Shown here: positions 48,440 through 57,927 of the stretch, in pieces
How positions within the stretch are numbered: the stretch's first letter is position 1
Layout of the letters: every line of letters starts with the position of its first letter
Origin: Patescibacteria group bacterium
Lineage (GTDB): Bacteria > Patescibacteriota > Patescibacteriia > UBA9934 > GWF2-40-263
Reading direction: 5' to 3'
DNA: 64,000 nucleotides
Assembly (NCBI GenBank): GCA_038065075.1
Contig: JBBTRQ010000011.1
Location: 5,924 to 69,923 of the forward strand
Translations under genes and position numbers: made by a program
Notes under the pieces: model-generated
What the model was told of the DNA's origin: nothing
Seen by the model: the letters and a program-made list of their open reading frames with translations, nothing else
Databases searched by the model: none

Positions 48440-49519
48440 TTAGACGAGGATGTCTGGAATCGCTGTGAGCGTCGGATGGGGGAGTAAATGTTTCATGAGA
48501 CTCAGGCCCCAAAAGAACAGGACGGTCGCATGGATATCAGGTTCGTTCAACCCTCGAGTGACCCTCGCGCCGTAGTAGTGTCGGTTGGCGGCATCGCGAT
48601 GGAAGGAAAATCCTCCTACCTGTGCATGGTAGTACACCGACCACTCATGCAGGGTTTTCTCGCAGAACGCCTGAATCTCTTTGTGGCGATGCGTGCCTCC
48701 ACACCATTCGTTTGCGTATCGCAGCACGAGAATTTGATTGATCTGATCACAGGCATCATGTTGCGCTTGTGCGGGATTGGTGAGGCACAGATCGATGAGT
48801 GCCTTGGAATCTGGTGCTTGTGCACCGATAAGGGTCAAACCAGACAACACTTTCATCGCCCCGTTCACGCGCTGTCTGGCGCTGGGACTTCCGGTGTACC
48901 ACGATCCGTTTGTTTGTTGAATTCCCGTCAGGAAGGTTTGGATCGTCTGTACGGCTTGCGTGTAAGTGGTCTCGTCGATGGTTCCAGTATTACGCAATAG
49001 AGTAAGAAAGAAGAGCTGGTGACTCAGATGTGATCCAGCGCTCCAAGGATTGGTCCAGTCGAGGCTTGAGAGGTACGACGTCAGCTCATGTGAATCTGTT
49101 GTGACGGACAGGGGAATGAAATCGGGAAGGCGATCGTGAATCCAGAGCGCGGCGTACGCTTGGCGAGTTTCAGCGCGGATATAGTCTTCGTCGATGGAGC
49201 GTGGAAGCTGGCCGCGTTTGAGCGTGCCAAGGAATGTGCGGATGCGTCGTTTGCGCAAGACGAACGGATCGGCAAATGTCCCGTCTGACGATTGGAATGA
49301 AAGGACTCGTTGCGTGGTGTCCGCGATGAGATCTGGGTTCGTTACGCCGAGCAAATGAAACAGCTTGAGCGCAAAAATACTGCCCGCAAGATTTTGGCGG
49401 GTGTGTTCAGAGAAAATGTCACCTGTGAGCGAATAAGAAAAATAGTCAGGAGTAGCTGGATCCTGGAGACGGGAGAGAAACTCCCGCGCGCGCGGCTGTA
49501 TATCGTTGAGCCAATCCAT
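48440..49519 (-). CDS. Hypothetical protein, possible alpha/alpha-barrel (prenyltransferase-repeat-like)
   Basis: Repeated helix-Q..DG/NG.F/W segments (FQSSDGTF, IQQTNGSW, HAQVGGFS); start uncertain. Confidence 0.5.
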   Translation of the reverse strand: MDWLNDIQPRAREFLSRLQDPATPDYFSYSLTGDIFSEHTRQNLAGSIFALKLFHLLGVTNPDLIADTTQRVLSFQSSDGTFADPFVLRKRRIRTFLGTLKRGQLPRSIDEDYIRAETRQAYAALWIHDRLPDFIPLSVTTDSHELTSYLSSLDWTNPWSAGSHLSHQLFFLTLLRNTGTIDETTYTQAVQTIQTFLTGIQQTNGSWYTGSPSARQRVNGAMKVLSGLTLIGAQAPDSKALIDLCLTNPAQAQHDACDQINQILVLRYANEWCGGTHRHKEIQAFCEKTLHEWSVYYHAQVGGFSFHRDAANRHYYGARVTRGLNEPDIHATVLFFWGLSLMKHLLPHPTLTAIPDILV

Positions 49520-49520
49520 A

Positions 49521-50636
49521 TCAGCGAAGAGGTGTCGTTTCCATGAGAGAAAAGAGTCGCTCAAGATAGTGATCCCATGTCAGATGAGCCAGGATCGTTT
49601 CATGACCTCGACGAGCCATGGTTTGAGCTTCATCAGGGGAGCCGACAATTCTGTCGATGGCATGTGTCAGGGCGTCCGGATCTTCTGGGGGGATAAACAG
49701 AACATTGTCTTGGTCTGTGAGGAAATAGCCGTGTTTGATCGCACCGGTCCGAGTCACAACGACCGGCTTCTCCATTGCCATACATTGTAGCAGGGTTGTT
49801 GTGGCCCCGGAGTAAGAATTGTTGTGAAGAGGTAATACGATGGCGCGTGCATTGGCGATGAAGGAAGGGATGTCTGCGAATGGTACGTCTGTCTTGAGGG
49901 TTATGTTTGGAGGGAGTTCGCTCCAACGGTCACGGAGCTTCTGCGCGTGCGCGGCGCTCGTGATGATAAGGAACGGTTCGCTCCGTCGCTGAGCCACTTC
50001 AACAAGTAAATCAAAATCTCGATGCGGATCAGCACCGATGGAGGTGATGGGTCCTTGCGAGGAAGTAGGACGTGGTTGAAACAGGCTCGTGTCGACACCA
50101 AACGGGAGAAAGTGGACCTTGAGTGAATCGTTGGCGAGAATGTCTTGGAGCCGTTGTGACTCTTCGTAGCCGTAGCACACGATGTGGGAAACTGTTTTTT
50201 GGAAGGCCCATCGGTATAGGCGACGCATGGGAGCACGCATTTTGTCCCAGCGTTCTGGGAGGCCGATGCTCATGTAGAGAATTGGTCGCGATGGAACAAG
50301 ACCGACGGCCATAAGAAGAACGAGGGGGATTCCTACGCGGTCAGCGGTTGAGATGATCAAGTCGGCGCGTGCGAGAGGCTTTCGGAGCGCAAGAATGTGA
50401 AACCAATTTCCTCCAGAACCTCCCATGGCAGACCAAATGTTATTGATCAATCTATCAATAACGTTCTCGATCCTCGTCCGTTTTGATCGATGATACAGAT
50501 CCGCATCGACTGTATGTCCAAAGCGATTCGCCTGGTCCATGCCATACCAGAGTGAAGCCTGTCCTCCATAGCGGTGACCAGGTTGTGCGATCGAGGTGCG
50601 GGACGTGGGATCTGGAAAAAGGTAGAACAATTTCAT
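49521..50636 (-). CDS. GT4-like glycosyltransferase
   Basis: FGVDTSLF, RDFDLL, SGATTLLQCMAMEKPVV. Confidence 0.85.
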   Translation of the reverse strand: MKLFYLFPDPTSRTSIAQPGHRYGGQASLWYGMDQANRFGHTVDADLYHRSKRTRIENVIDRLINNIWSAMGGSGGNWFHILALRKPLARADLIISTADRVGIPLVLLMAVGLVPSRPILYMSIGLPERWDKMRAPMRRLYRWAFQKTVSHIVCYGYEESQRLQDILANDSLKVHFLPFGVDTSLFQPRPTSSQGPITSIGADPHRDFDLLVEVAQRRSEPFLIITSAAHAQKLRDRWSELPPNITLKTDVPFADIPSFIANARAIVLPLHNNSYSGATTTLLQCMAMEKPVVVTRTGAIKHGYFLTDQDNVLFIPPEDPDALTHAIDRIVGSPDEAQTMARRGHETILAHLTWDHYLERLFSLMETTPLR

Positions 50637-51274
50637 ACCCGTTTCTTACACACAATCATGTAATGGAAGGGGTTCTCAAAGAGAGGATAGTGTTTGGTGA
50701 TCTCCCAGCCCTGGGCGGGGAAAAGAGCAAGAACATCTTTGAGTCGGTAGCCGCGTTTTCCAATCTCCCAGAAGTGACCGCCCGGACGTGAATCAGGATG
50801 GCGCTTGGGGAACAGGGTAAAACAGCCGATCCATCGAAACTCCTTGATGAACGGGAAGATTTTTATGAGGAGGCGGGGCTTGTATGTTCCCAAGGTGGAG
50901 TAAGGAAGCGTGACAATCAGGTGCTCATTGGAGAGCTTGTGAAAGTCTCGGAGAACCTGCGGGACGTCTTCGTAGGGAATGTGTTCGAGTGTCTGACAGC
51001 ACAGGATGACGTCGACGGGTGCGCGCACGATGCCCAGGAGGGAGCGGACGTCGGCGACGTAGTCTGGGTGTGTCTGAGGATCCATGTCTACGGTTTTGAC
51101 ATCGTAACCCATTTGTCGCAAGACGGATGTGACGATCGTATTTCCGACGCCGACTTCCAGAATCGTTTTGACTCGCGGGAGGCTTGTCACTTCATGGAGT
51201 TGATACCAATAGGAGTTCCACCGTTGTTTGGTGAGGTAGGCCATGGAGGAATAGTTGGGAGCGAGTTGTGTCAT
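50633..51274 (-). CDS. Class I SAM methyltransferase
   Basis: ILEVGVG, CCQTLEHIPY, HFWEIG. Confidence 0.82.
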   Translation of the reverse strand: MTQLAPNYSSMAYLTKQRWNSYWYQLHEVTSLPRVKTILEVGVGNTIVTSVLRQMGYDVKTVDMDPQTHPDYVADVRSLLGIVRAPVDVILCCQTLEHIPYEDVPQVLRDFHKLSNEHLIVTLPYSTLGTYKPRLLIKIFPFIKEFRWIGCFTLFPKRHPDSRPGGHFWEIGKRGYRLKDVLALFPAQGWEITKHYPLFENPFHYMIVCKKRV

Positions 51275-52326
51275 ACGCGGTCGCGGAGTTTGAGCATCGT
51301 GAGAGAAAGGGCTTTTTGAAAACGGTGAAACGTCGTGAACCGGTCACTTGGCCGCGCGGCGAGGATGGGTTTTTTTTGTGCCAGAAGGGTTTCAAAAAGA
51401 CGCAGATAGGCTCCGCACATGGATGGCGCATCGTTTGGATAGGCGCCGAGTTTGTCGGCGAACTGATCATATCGGGTGATGAGCGTCTCAAGTGAGCGCT
51501 CAACGTCAGAGACGTCTTGAAATGGGACGCCGTATCCTTGGCAGTATTCAGGCAGTGCTCCGCTCATGCGGTAGAGCAGGGGCAATCCGCACAGGGCGGC
51601 TTCGATATGGTGCATCCCCGCTGGTTCGTTGAGAGAAGCTGTGATGTAGAGGTCGTGTCGATGGAGTTCTCTCGCCAATTCACTCCCAGATTTCGGGGTG
51701 ATGACCTGGATAGCTTGTAAGGCGGCCTGCGCGGGGACGTTCCCAATATACGAGAACGTGAGACGGTTACCCAATTCGGTGGTGGCTAGGAGGTGATCCA
51801 GATGCATGTAGACATCCCATCCTTTTTTCCAGTTTCCACTCCAGTGGTGAGTGACGAGTCGGATTTTTTGGTCGGTGGGAAGATGATGTCTTTGATAGGA
51901 AAAAACGGAACGATCCGCTCCGTTCAAAATGACAGAAGAGTTTTTTGTAAACGGGTTTTGCTCTCGATGGAGTTGCTCCAACCAAGACGAGATGAAAACC
52001 GTATGATCCATGATGTCATTGGCGGTGGAGAGAAATTGGTTGAGCGTTTTGGTGTCTTTGCGTTCGTCACACTCATTGATTCGATGGACAAGCAGGACAG
52101 AAGGGTTTGTGTGTTGGACGTAACGCATGATCTGGAGCGGACCGAACGCGACTGAACGCAAGGATGTCCGCGGGTCGGTCATAAGCACCAGGTCAAGATC
52201 CGGTTCGCGAAGGTCAAAAAAAACCTCATGGCCATGCTGGCGCAGATGCTGTGTGAGGAGTTTACCGAACTGGTTTCCTCCACCAAAAGCTCCCTCTTGA
52301 AGATTCATCCCGATCGCGATTTTCAT
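51271..52326 (-). CDS. GT4-like glycosyltransferase
   Basis: GGGNQF, ILNGAD, KG, ASLNEPAGMHHIEA..CGLP. Confidence 0.8.
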   Translation of the reverse strand: MKIAIGMNLQEGAFGGGNQFGKLLTQHLRQHGHEVFFDLREPDLDLVLMTDPRTSLRSVAFGPLQIMRYVQHTNPSVLLVHRINECDERKDTKTLNQFLSTANDIMDHTVFISSWLEQLHREQNPFTKNSSVILNGADRSVFSYQRHHLPTDQKIRLVTHHWSGNWKKGWDVYMHLDHLLATTELGNRLTFSYIGNVPAQAALQAIQVITPKSGSELARELHRHDLYITASLNEPAGMHHIEAALCGLPLLYRMSGALPEYCQGYGVPFQDVSDVERSLETLITRYDQFADKLGAYPNDAPSMCGAYLRLFETLLAQKKPILAARPSDRFTTFHRFQKALSLTMLKLRDRV

Positions 52327-52342
52327 ATGTGGTCACGCGTCC

Positions 52343-53362
52343 CTATGATACCCGATGGAGCTCCGCTTCGACCATCCTTTTTACGAGTTCTGGGAAAGCG
52401 ACAGATGGACGCCATCCTAGAAGTGTTTTGGCCTTTGTGGCGTCGCCTAAAATCGTATCGACTTCCGCCGGTCTGAAATATTGGGGGTCGATGGCCACGA
52501 GGGTTTTTCCCGTGGAGAGATTGAGACCAACTTCGTCGGTTCCTTCGCCCTGCCAGGTGATGTCCATCCCCACAACTCTGAATGCTTCCACGATGAACTC
52601 ACGGACGCTGTGGTTTTCTCCCGTGGCCAGGACAAAGTCATCTGCGAACGTATGTTGGAGGATCATCCACATACCCTTGGCACAGTCTCCCGCGTACCCC
52701 CAATCTCGTTTGGCATCCATGTTCCCGATGAGGAGCGGTTTTGTTCCACCTTTGCCGATCCGAGCAACCGCCATGGCAATTTTCCTTGTCACGAATTCTT
52801 TGCCGCGATGCTCAGACTCGTGATTGAAGAGGATGCCGTTGCTCATGAAGAGGTGATAGGCCTCGCGGTAATTTTTTACCGTCCAGAATCCTGCAAGTTT
52901 GGAAACGCCATAGGGACTGCGCGGGTAAAACGGTGTCAACTCATTTTGCGGAGTCTGCTGGACTTTCCCGTAGAGCTCAGAGGTTGCGGCGAAATAGAAT
53001 CGAGAATGTTTTGAGTATTCCTTGATCGCGTTGACGAAGTTCAACGTCCCCTCGATGTTGGTTTTGTAGGTGAGACTTGGATTGGTGAAACTCGCGCCTA
53101 CGAAACTCTGCGCCGCGAGATGGTAGATCTCGTCGTATTGTCCCTCACGGACGACCGAGTCCACGATCGTGTGATCTGTCACGTCACCCCATTGGATCGT
53201 GATCCGTTTAAGTTCGTCTTCACGCAGGGCATGGAGATTTCCCAGAGAGGCGGCACTGTTGCGTCGAACAAAGCCATGCACCTCGTACCCGAGGTCTAGG
53301 AGCCAACGTGAAAGAAAAAAACCGTCTTGGCCGGTGATTCCCGTGATGAGTGCTTTTTTCAT
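52343..53362 (-). CDS. gmd: GDP-mannose 4,6-dehydratase
   Basis: LITGITGQDG, LAAQSFV, PRSPYGVSK, GILFNHESE.RG.EFVTRKI, RDWG, FRPAEVD. Confidence 0.95.
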   Translation of the reverse strand: MKKALITGITGQDGFFLSRWLLDLGYEVHGFVRRNSAASLGNLHALREDELKRITIQWGDVTDHTIVDSVVREGQYDEIYHLAAQSFVGASFTNPSLTYKTNIEGTLNFVNAIKEYSKHSRFYFAATSELYGKVQQTPQNELTPFYPRSPYGVSKLAGFWTVKNYREAYHLFMSNGILFNHESEHRGKEFVTRKIAMAVARIGKGGTKPLLIGNMDAKRDWGYAGDCAKGMWMILQHTFADDFVLATGENHSVREFIVEAFRVVGMDITWQGEGTDEVGLNLSTGKTLVAIDPQYFRPAEVDTILGDATKAKTLLGWRPSVAFPELVKRMVEAELHRVS

Positions 53363-54417
53363 AGGAGAGGTTTGTAAAGTTCACTCCAGTAACGGTCGAT
53401 CAGAACCTCCCATCCATACGGCTTGACCTCCTCCAAGCCCTGCGTGATCAGATTCTGTCGTAGAGTTGGATTTTCAAAGAGGCGTCTGATAGCGAAAGTC
53501 AGCTTATCACGATCTTCAATATCGGCAAGAAGCGCCGTTTTGTCGTCTTTGGCGACATCTGCGACCATTCCCACACGCGTACTGACAAGGGGTGTACCGG
53601 TTGCCCAGCTTTCGAGTAAGGCGAGCGGGACACCCTCCGTTCGCGAGGAAATCAGGTAGACATCTAACGCCTGGTAGAGCGTGTTTACTTCTTGATAGGC
53701 ATTGAGAAAACGATGCGTGAAGGGAACGTTAGCCTTGGTGAGGCGGGCCTTCACGTATCCACGGGACGGTCCGCTTAAGAGAACATGGACAGGTAGATCT
53801 TTGGCAAGGCGCTCGATGACATCACAAAACACATCCGGCCCCTTGATCAGCTTGGGGTTCATCCCTTCCCCCCAGCCGTCCCCATCTTTTTGAAATGATC
53901 CGATGACGAACGCCTCCGTCGGGATCCCAAGTGATTCTCGTGTCCGTTTTTTTGTTTCAGGTGAGGATGACGAAAAGATGTTGAGATCGATTCCCATGGG
54001 GACCACACGAATTTTGTCTTCGGGGAATCCATGTTGGATCAGCGTTTGTTTGGTCTTCTGTGCCGTGGTGTGCAAGAGGTCGATTCGTGAAGCGACTTCC
54101 TGCATCTGTGTGAGGCGTGGATCATCTTGATTCACGTGGTACCACGTCGCGAGGACGCGATTGGTTTTGTAACGGCGGGGGACAGGAACCGAGTTGAAAT
54201 GGAGGAGCTTGTTTCGCGAGAAATGAAAAAATGGGTTTGCAGAAACACGAGCAAGACCCTTCCTGGCAATTTCAGACGAGAGACTTTTCGAAATTTCACT
54301 CACTACCCAATCGTAACCGTCGGTGATGATTTGGATGTCTTCTTGTTTCCAGAGGTTGGGAATGCTTCTAAGCCATCGGTTGACGTTTCTTGTGATGTAC
54401 TGTGTAAGAACTGTCAT
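53359..54417 (-). CDS. GT4 glycosyltransferase
   Basis: PMGID, IKGPD, SRTEGVPLALLES. Confidence 0.88.
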   Translation of the reverse strand: MTVLTQYITRNVNRWLRSIPNLWKQEDIQIITDGYDWVVSEISKSLSSEIARKGLARVSANPFFHFSRNKLLHFNSVPVPRRYKTNRVLATWYHVNQDDPRLTQMQEVASRIDLLHTTAQKTKQTLIQHGFPEDKIRVVPMGIDLNIFSSSSPETKKRTRESLGIPTEAFVIGSFQKDGDGWGEGMNPKLIKGPDVFCDVIERLAKDLPVHVLLSGPSRGYVKARLTKANVPFTHRFLNAYQEVNTLYQALDVYLISSRTEGVPLALLESWATGTPLVSTRVGMVADVAKDDKTALLADIEDRDKLTFAIRRLFENPTLRQNLITQGLEEVKPYGWEVLIDRYWSELYKPLL

Positions 54418-55049
54418 AAGTCGTGTGGTTGAGACACGACCGCCCAGATCTCGCCGAACTGGATGGAGTGTGAGCGAATGAAGAGTCCGGCGTCGTGGAG
54501 TTCCTTGGTGAAGTTTTCGAGTGTGTACTCGGTTTCGTGCGTGGTGTCGAGTCGATATTCGAGTCCGAGTTCCTTTTTGTACAGCGTGATCCAGTCACGG
54601 TCGAGCATGGGGACACGGATGAGAAAGAGAGGAGCGAGGTGTTTGACGCGTTTCAAAAACTCGACGCGATGCTCGATATGCTCCAGGACATTGGACAGCA
54701 CGACGACGTCGAAACGTTCTTCTGGTGAGAATGTCGTCGCGTCTGCCACCAGGTACAGAAGGTTCCCGCGAGCGAATCGAGTTTCCCAAGCCTGTTTGTT
54801 CTTTTTGTTAAGATCGATTCCTGTGACGTGCGCGGTTTTCCCTGCGAGATCATACGCGAGTGCTCCATTCCCACAACCGATGTCGAGCACGCGGTCAGTC
54901 GGGCGGATATGGTCGAGGAAAAACTGGTGGTAATTCATCAGCCGATGTTTGGGATGAAGTCCTCCTTCGGCACCAATCGCAAACCGGCTCGCGAGTTTGT
55001 AAGAGAGGGTGTGGAGTTTTAACGCGAGGCGGACGAGGATTTTTTGCAT
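54414..55049 (-). CDS. Class I SAM methyltransferase
   Basis: VLDIGCGNG, GIDL, SNVLEHI. Confidence 0.85.
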   Translation of the reverse strand: MQKILVRLALKLHTLSYKLASRFAIGAEGGLHPKHRLMNYHQFFLDHIRPTDRVLDIGCGNGALAYDLAGKTAHVTGIDLNKKNKQAWETRFARGNLLYLVADATTFSPEERFDVVVLSNVLEHIEHRVEFLKRVKHLAPLFLIRVPMLDRDWITLYKKELGLEYRLDTTHETEYTLENFTKELHDAGLFIRSHSIQFGEIWAVVSQPHDL

Positions 55050-55822
55050 ACGAGCAGAATCATGTGGCCGGTCAGGCGAGCCAAGAGAAGAGTGAGTAGG
55101 TAGCGCGCTGCGCGTGCGAGTATGAATCGGCTCTTGTAAAGCCGTTGAAGGACCGGAGACAGGAAAGCGATTTCGTCCTTCACGCCTTTGAGGGCGTCAT
55201 ACGGGTATTTCTCGACACACGTGAAGCCTTGAGATTCGAGTTCCTTGATGACGGATTGCTCATCGAGCATGAATTCATAGAACGTGTCTGGGTGCTGGAC
55301 GTCGATGTTTGCGTAGCGTCCGAGATGTGCTTTGAGCCGACGCAGAGGCGACATCCACGGGAAGGTGAGAAAGAGGAAACCTCCAGGCTTGAGGACGCGC
55401 GCGGCTTCTTTGGTAATAGGATCGAAACCATCCCAGAAATGTTCGATGACCCCTAGCGACCAGTAACCATCGAAGGTGCTGTCTGTGAAGGGAAGCTGGC
55501 GGACGTCGCCGACCTGTACGCGTAGCTCGGGAATGAGTTCTTTCACGGTCTCGATCGTCCTTGTGGCGTAGTCGATGCCATGTGCCTCGTAACCCCACGT
55601 GTCCATCGCATACACGACTTGTCCAGTTCCACATCCGCCTTCCAAGATGCCCCCACCAGCTGGAACATACTTCATCGTCACACGTTTGAGAAAGTGATAC
55701 GTGTTGCCAGACGTAATGTCTTTGAGGAGTTTTTCTTTGCTCCATTGTTCATCCCAAAATTCCGGCGTGGCTTCACGTGTGAACATGGCAAGTCGTTTGT
55801 TGGTGGCGTCGTAGGCGATCAT
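55019..55822 (-). CDS. Class I SAM methyltransferase
   Basis: ILEGGCGTG, GDVRQLPF, GVIEHF, RVLKPGG. Confidence 0.85.
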   Translation of the reverse strand: MIAYDATNKRLAMFTREATPEFWDEQWSKEKLLKDITSGNTYHFLKRVTMKYVPAGGGILEGGCGTGQVVYAMDTWGYEAHGIDYATRTIETVKELIPELRVQVGDVRQLPFTDSTFDGYWSLGVIEHFWDGFDPITKEAARVLKPGGFLFLTFPWMSPLRRLKAHLGRYANIDVQHPDTFYEFMLDEQSVIKELESQGFTCVEKYPYDALKGVKDEIAFLSPVLQRLYKSRFILARAARYLLTLLLARLTGHMILLVCKKSSSASR

Positions 55823-56925
55823 GAGTAGAAGGAGAGTTCGTTTTGAATGGCTTGGTCGAGCGAGGCGGTGGACAGAATCTGTTTACGCGCCTGTTCTCCA
55901 ATTCGATTCTGGAGTTCGTGATTGTTGAGCAGTCGTTTCAGTGTTTCTTGTAGCGAGTTTGCAGTTGTCTCGCACAGGAGCCCCGTCTCCTTGTCTTTGA
56001 TGAGCGTATTGATTCCTTCGACGTTCGTGCCCACGACCGGCAATCCGCAGGCCATAGCCTCGAGAAGCACTTTCGGATTTCCTTCGTAGAGAGATGGAAG
56101 CACGAAGATCTCGCAAGCATTGAGCGCGGCGGGCAGTTCCTCGTTGGCCACACGGCCGCGGAACTTCACATCGACACCCAGGGCACGCGCTTGTTCCTCG
56201 AGTGTGTGTTGCAGAGAGCCTTCGCCGTATACGATGAGCCTCGCGTTCAAGCCTTGCATCGCTTCTACGAGTGTATCAAGATTTTTTTGCTTCTCGAGCC
56301 GTCCGACGTAGCAGACCGTTCTGGGTTGTTTCTCGACCGTCATGAGTCGAAACAATTCCGTGTCGACCCAGTTGGGAATGACATGAATTTTTCCTCGCGG
56401 AATGTGGTAGCGGGTTGCGACGAAGTCTGCATCTGCTTGTGTCGTGTGGATGATGGCGCCTGCGGATCGGTAGGCAAGGCGTTCGATCATCGAGATCGCG
56501 GCCCGTTTTAATCGCGACGCTCCCTGACGCTTGGCAAAGCGATACCATTGGAACCCTGCGCGCACGATGAGTGGTTTGCGATAGAGCCAGTGCGCGAGGA
56601 GCGCTGGAATCGCGCCAGCAACCTGGTGGATCCGTATTGCGTCGACTTGCTTGAGCTGTTTGCGGTAGACGAACGGAAGCATGAGTGCGTAATGGCTTGG
56701 TGGACATTTACAGTTTTTTTGGAATAGACGGATGTTGGGCCCAAGGCGGTTGAGATATTGCTCGTCGTGTTCGCCGTAGGTAAACAACCACACCTCACCG
56801 ACCTCACGAGCGAGTTCTTGGTAGAACTGTACTTCGCGCGAAAACATTCCGCGCTTCTCCCAAAGTTCGAGAGAAACGCCATGCGTGAAAAAGACGGCGA
56901 TGCGTTTGTCTGGACTAAACGCCAT
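55819..56925 (-). CDS. GT4 glycosyltransferase
   Basis: IPNWVD, VGRLEKQKN, PSLYEGNPKVLLEAMACG. Confidence 0.9.
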   Translation of the reverse strand: MAFSPDKRIAVFFTHGVSLELWEKRGMFSREVQFYQELAREVGEVWLFTYGEHDEQYLNRLGPNIRLFQKNCKCPPSHYALMLPFVYRKQLKQVDAIRIHQVAGAIPALLAHWLYRKPLIVRAGFQWYRFAKRQGASRLKRAAISMIERLAYRSAGAIIHTTQADADFVATRYHIPRGKIHVIPNWVDTELFRLMTVEKQPRTVCYVGRLEKQKNLDTLVEAMQGLNARLIVYGEGSLQHTLEEQARALGVDVKFRGRVANEELPAALNACEIFVLPSLYEGNPKVLLEAMACGLPVVGTNVEGINTLIKDKETGLLCETTANSLQETLKRLLNNHELQNRIGEQARKQILSTASLDQAIQNELSFYS

Positions 56926-57898
56926 AGTAGCCTCGATACCATTCCACGAATTTCGGAATACCTTCATCGAGGTTTACGCGCGGTTCCCAGCTTAGAGTCG
57001 TCTTCGCGCGAGAGATGTCGGCCCAGGTCTGTCGCACGTCGCCAGGTTGCATTTCTATAAATGTCTTCTCGATTGTTTTTCCAGTGGCTTGTTCCACAAG
57101 CTCGATCATGTGCATCAGTGGCTCGGCCTTGCCACGTCCAAGATTGAGAATCTCCCATGCAGAAGGTGTTTCAAGCGCGTGGACAATACCGTCAACGATA
57201 TCGTCGATGTAAGTGAAGTCGCGCGCCATTTCTCCTTGGCCAAAGATGCGAATAGGTGTGCCGTCGAGTGCCGCCTTCGTAAAAGAAAAAAACGCCATGT
57301 CCGGCCGGCCCCATGGCCCGTACACCGTGAAGAACCGCAAACAGGTGATGGAGAGGCCGTAGAGATGATGATAGCTATGTGCCATCAGCTCGCAAGATTT
57401 TTTTGTCGCGGCGTAGAGCGAGATGGGTGCATCGGTCGCGTCCGTTTCTTTGACTGGGTACTGTCGGGCATCGCCGTAGACGGAGGAGCTTGAGGCCATG
57501 ACGATTCTGCTCACGTGAAACTCGCGGGCGAGTTCGAGTATTGAGAGCGTACCGCGTAGGTTACTTTGCTCGTAGACAAAGGGAGCTTGGGCCGCATAAC
57601 GCACACCCGCTTGCGCACCCAGGTGACAGATTTTGTCGATGTCATGTTTCTCAAAAATGTCCCGCATCGCGGCGTGGTCGGCAATATCGACGCGGTACAG
57701 GGTGTGGGGGATGTTCGCGAGGAGTGTCTGAACGCGTGCTTCCTTAAGCGTTGGGTCGTAATAAGGGTTGAAATTATCGACGATCACAAGCTCGTTCCCA
57801 AGCTCACCGAGCCGTTTGGCCACCGCCGAGCCGATGAATCCCGCGCCTCCCGTCACGAGAATAGACCCATTGTCATGTGGTTGGAGCATAGTGGGCAT
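56915..57898 (-). CDS. NAD-dependent epimerase, UDP-glucuronate 4-epimerase-like
   Basis: TGGAGFIG, AQAGVRY, SSSSVYG, YAATKK, RFFTVYGPWGRPDMA, RDFTYIDD. Confidence 0.9.
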   Translation of the reverse strand: MPTMLQPHDNGSILVTGGAGFIGSAVAKRLGELGNELVIVDNFNPYYDPTLKEARVQTLLANIPHTLYRVDIADHAAMRDIFEKHDIDKICHLGAQAGVRYAAQAPFVYEQSNLRGTLSILELAREFHVSRIVMASSSSVYGDARQYPVKETDATDAPISLYAATKKSCELMAHSYHHLYGLSITCLRFFTVYGPWGRPDMAFFSFTKAALDGTPIRIFGQGEMARDFTYIDDIVDGIVHALETPSAWEILNLGRGKAEPLMHMIELVEQATGKTIEKTFIEMQPGDVRQTWADISRAKTTLSWEPRVNLDEGIPKFVEWYRGYYGV

Positions 57899-57927
57899 AT
57901 TTTACACATATTCTCAGATGAATCACA

